Assembly: GCA_044356295.1 (NCBI GenBank)
Contig: JBIKWN010000059.1
Location: 1-15,638 of the forward strand
Length of the DNA stretch: 15,638 nt
Direction: 5' to 3'
Source of the DNA: Bdellovibrionota bacterium
GTDB lineage: Bacteria > Bdellovibrionota_C > UBA2361 > JBIKWN01
Under the pieces are notes generated by a model. That model ran no database searches, had not been told where the DNA came from, and worked only from the letters and a program-made list of their open reading frames with translations. Position 1 is the first letter of the stretch, and each line of letters starts with the position of its first letter. The position numbers and the translations under genes are program-made. Positions 15,548 to 15,638 of this stretch are shown here, in pieces.

Positions 15548-15585
15548 GCTCACGCTTACGCTCATGGTCAAGTTCACGGGGGGAG
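15548..15585 (-). repeat. Solo arm of the GTGAGC-hexamer repeat family
   Basis: Reverse complement reads CTCCCCCC-GTGAAC-TTGACC-ATGAGC-GTAAGC-GTGAGC, which is 30/33 identical to 4510-4542. Confidence 0.88.
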
Positions 15586-15609
15586 CGGGTGATTATTGAA
15601 AATTTGTAA

Positions 15610-15634
15610 CGCGAAGGTCGCGAAGTACGCGAAG
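15610..15634 (+). repeat. CGCGAAG x3 tandem repeat with 9-nt period
   Basis: CGCGAAG-GT-CGCGAAG-TA-CGCGAAG, units starting at 15610, 15619 and 15628. Confidence 0.75.
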
Positions 15635-15638
15635 GCTT

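Overview
Gene-dense, AT-rich chromosomal window from a diderm (Gram-negative) bacterium, made mostly of core genes. In order: the 3' end of an unannotated, possibly Ig-like protein (1-483, missed by the ORF track); gap-tpiA on the minus strand (no pgk); a complete Tol-Pal cluster (tolQ-tolR-tolA-tolB-pal-cpoB) followed by ribF-rluD-pgeF; a convergent def-fmt-rpe-plsY operon; and, divergent from def, a probable degenerate DUF2726-like protein, a 3-TM/TPR-like membrane protein and purC. I see no transposase, integrase, cas gene or RNA gene. The most unusual signal is non-coding: a family of GC-rich arms of about 28-38 bp, each made of a C-tract plus 4-5 degenerate GTGAGC hexamers. Two inverted doublets with unrelated AT-rich interiors bracket tolB (4510-4652 and 6069-6263), and a solo arm follows purC (15548-15585) next to a second repeat type (CGCGAAG x3, period 9). 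Promoter geometry also suggests a leaderless tolB mRNA and a compact bidirectional promoter at def. All protein calls rest on motif recognition by eye; no searches were run.
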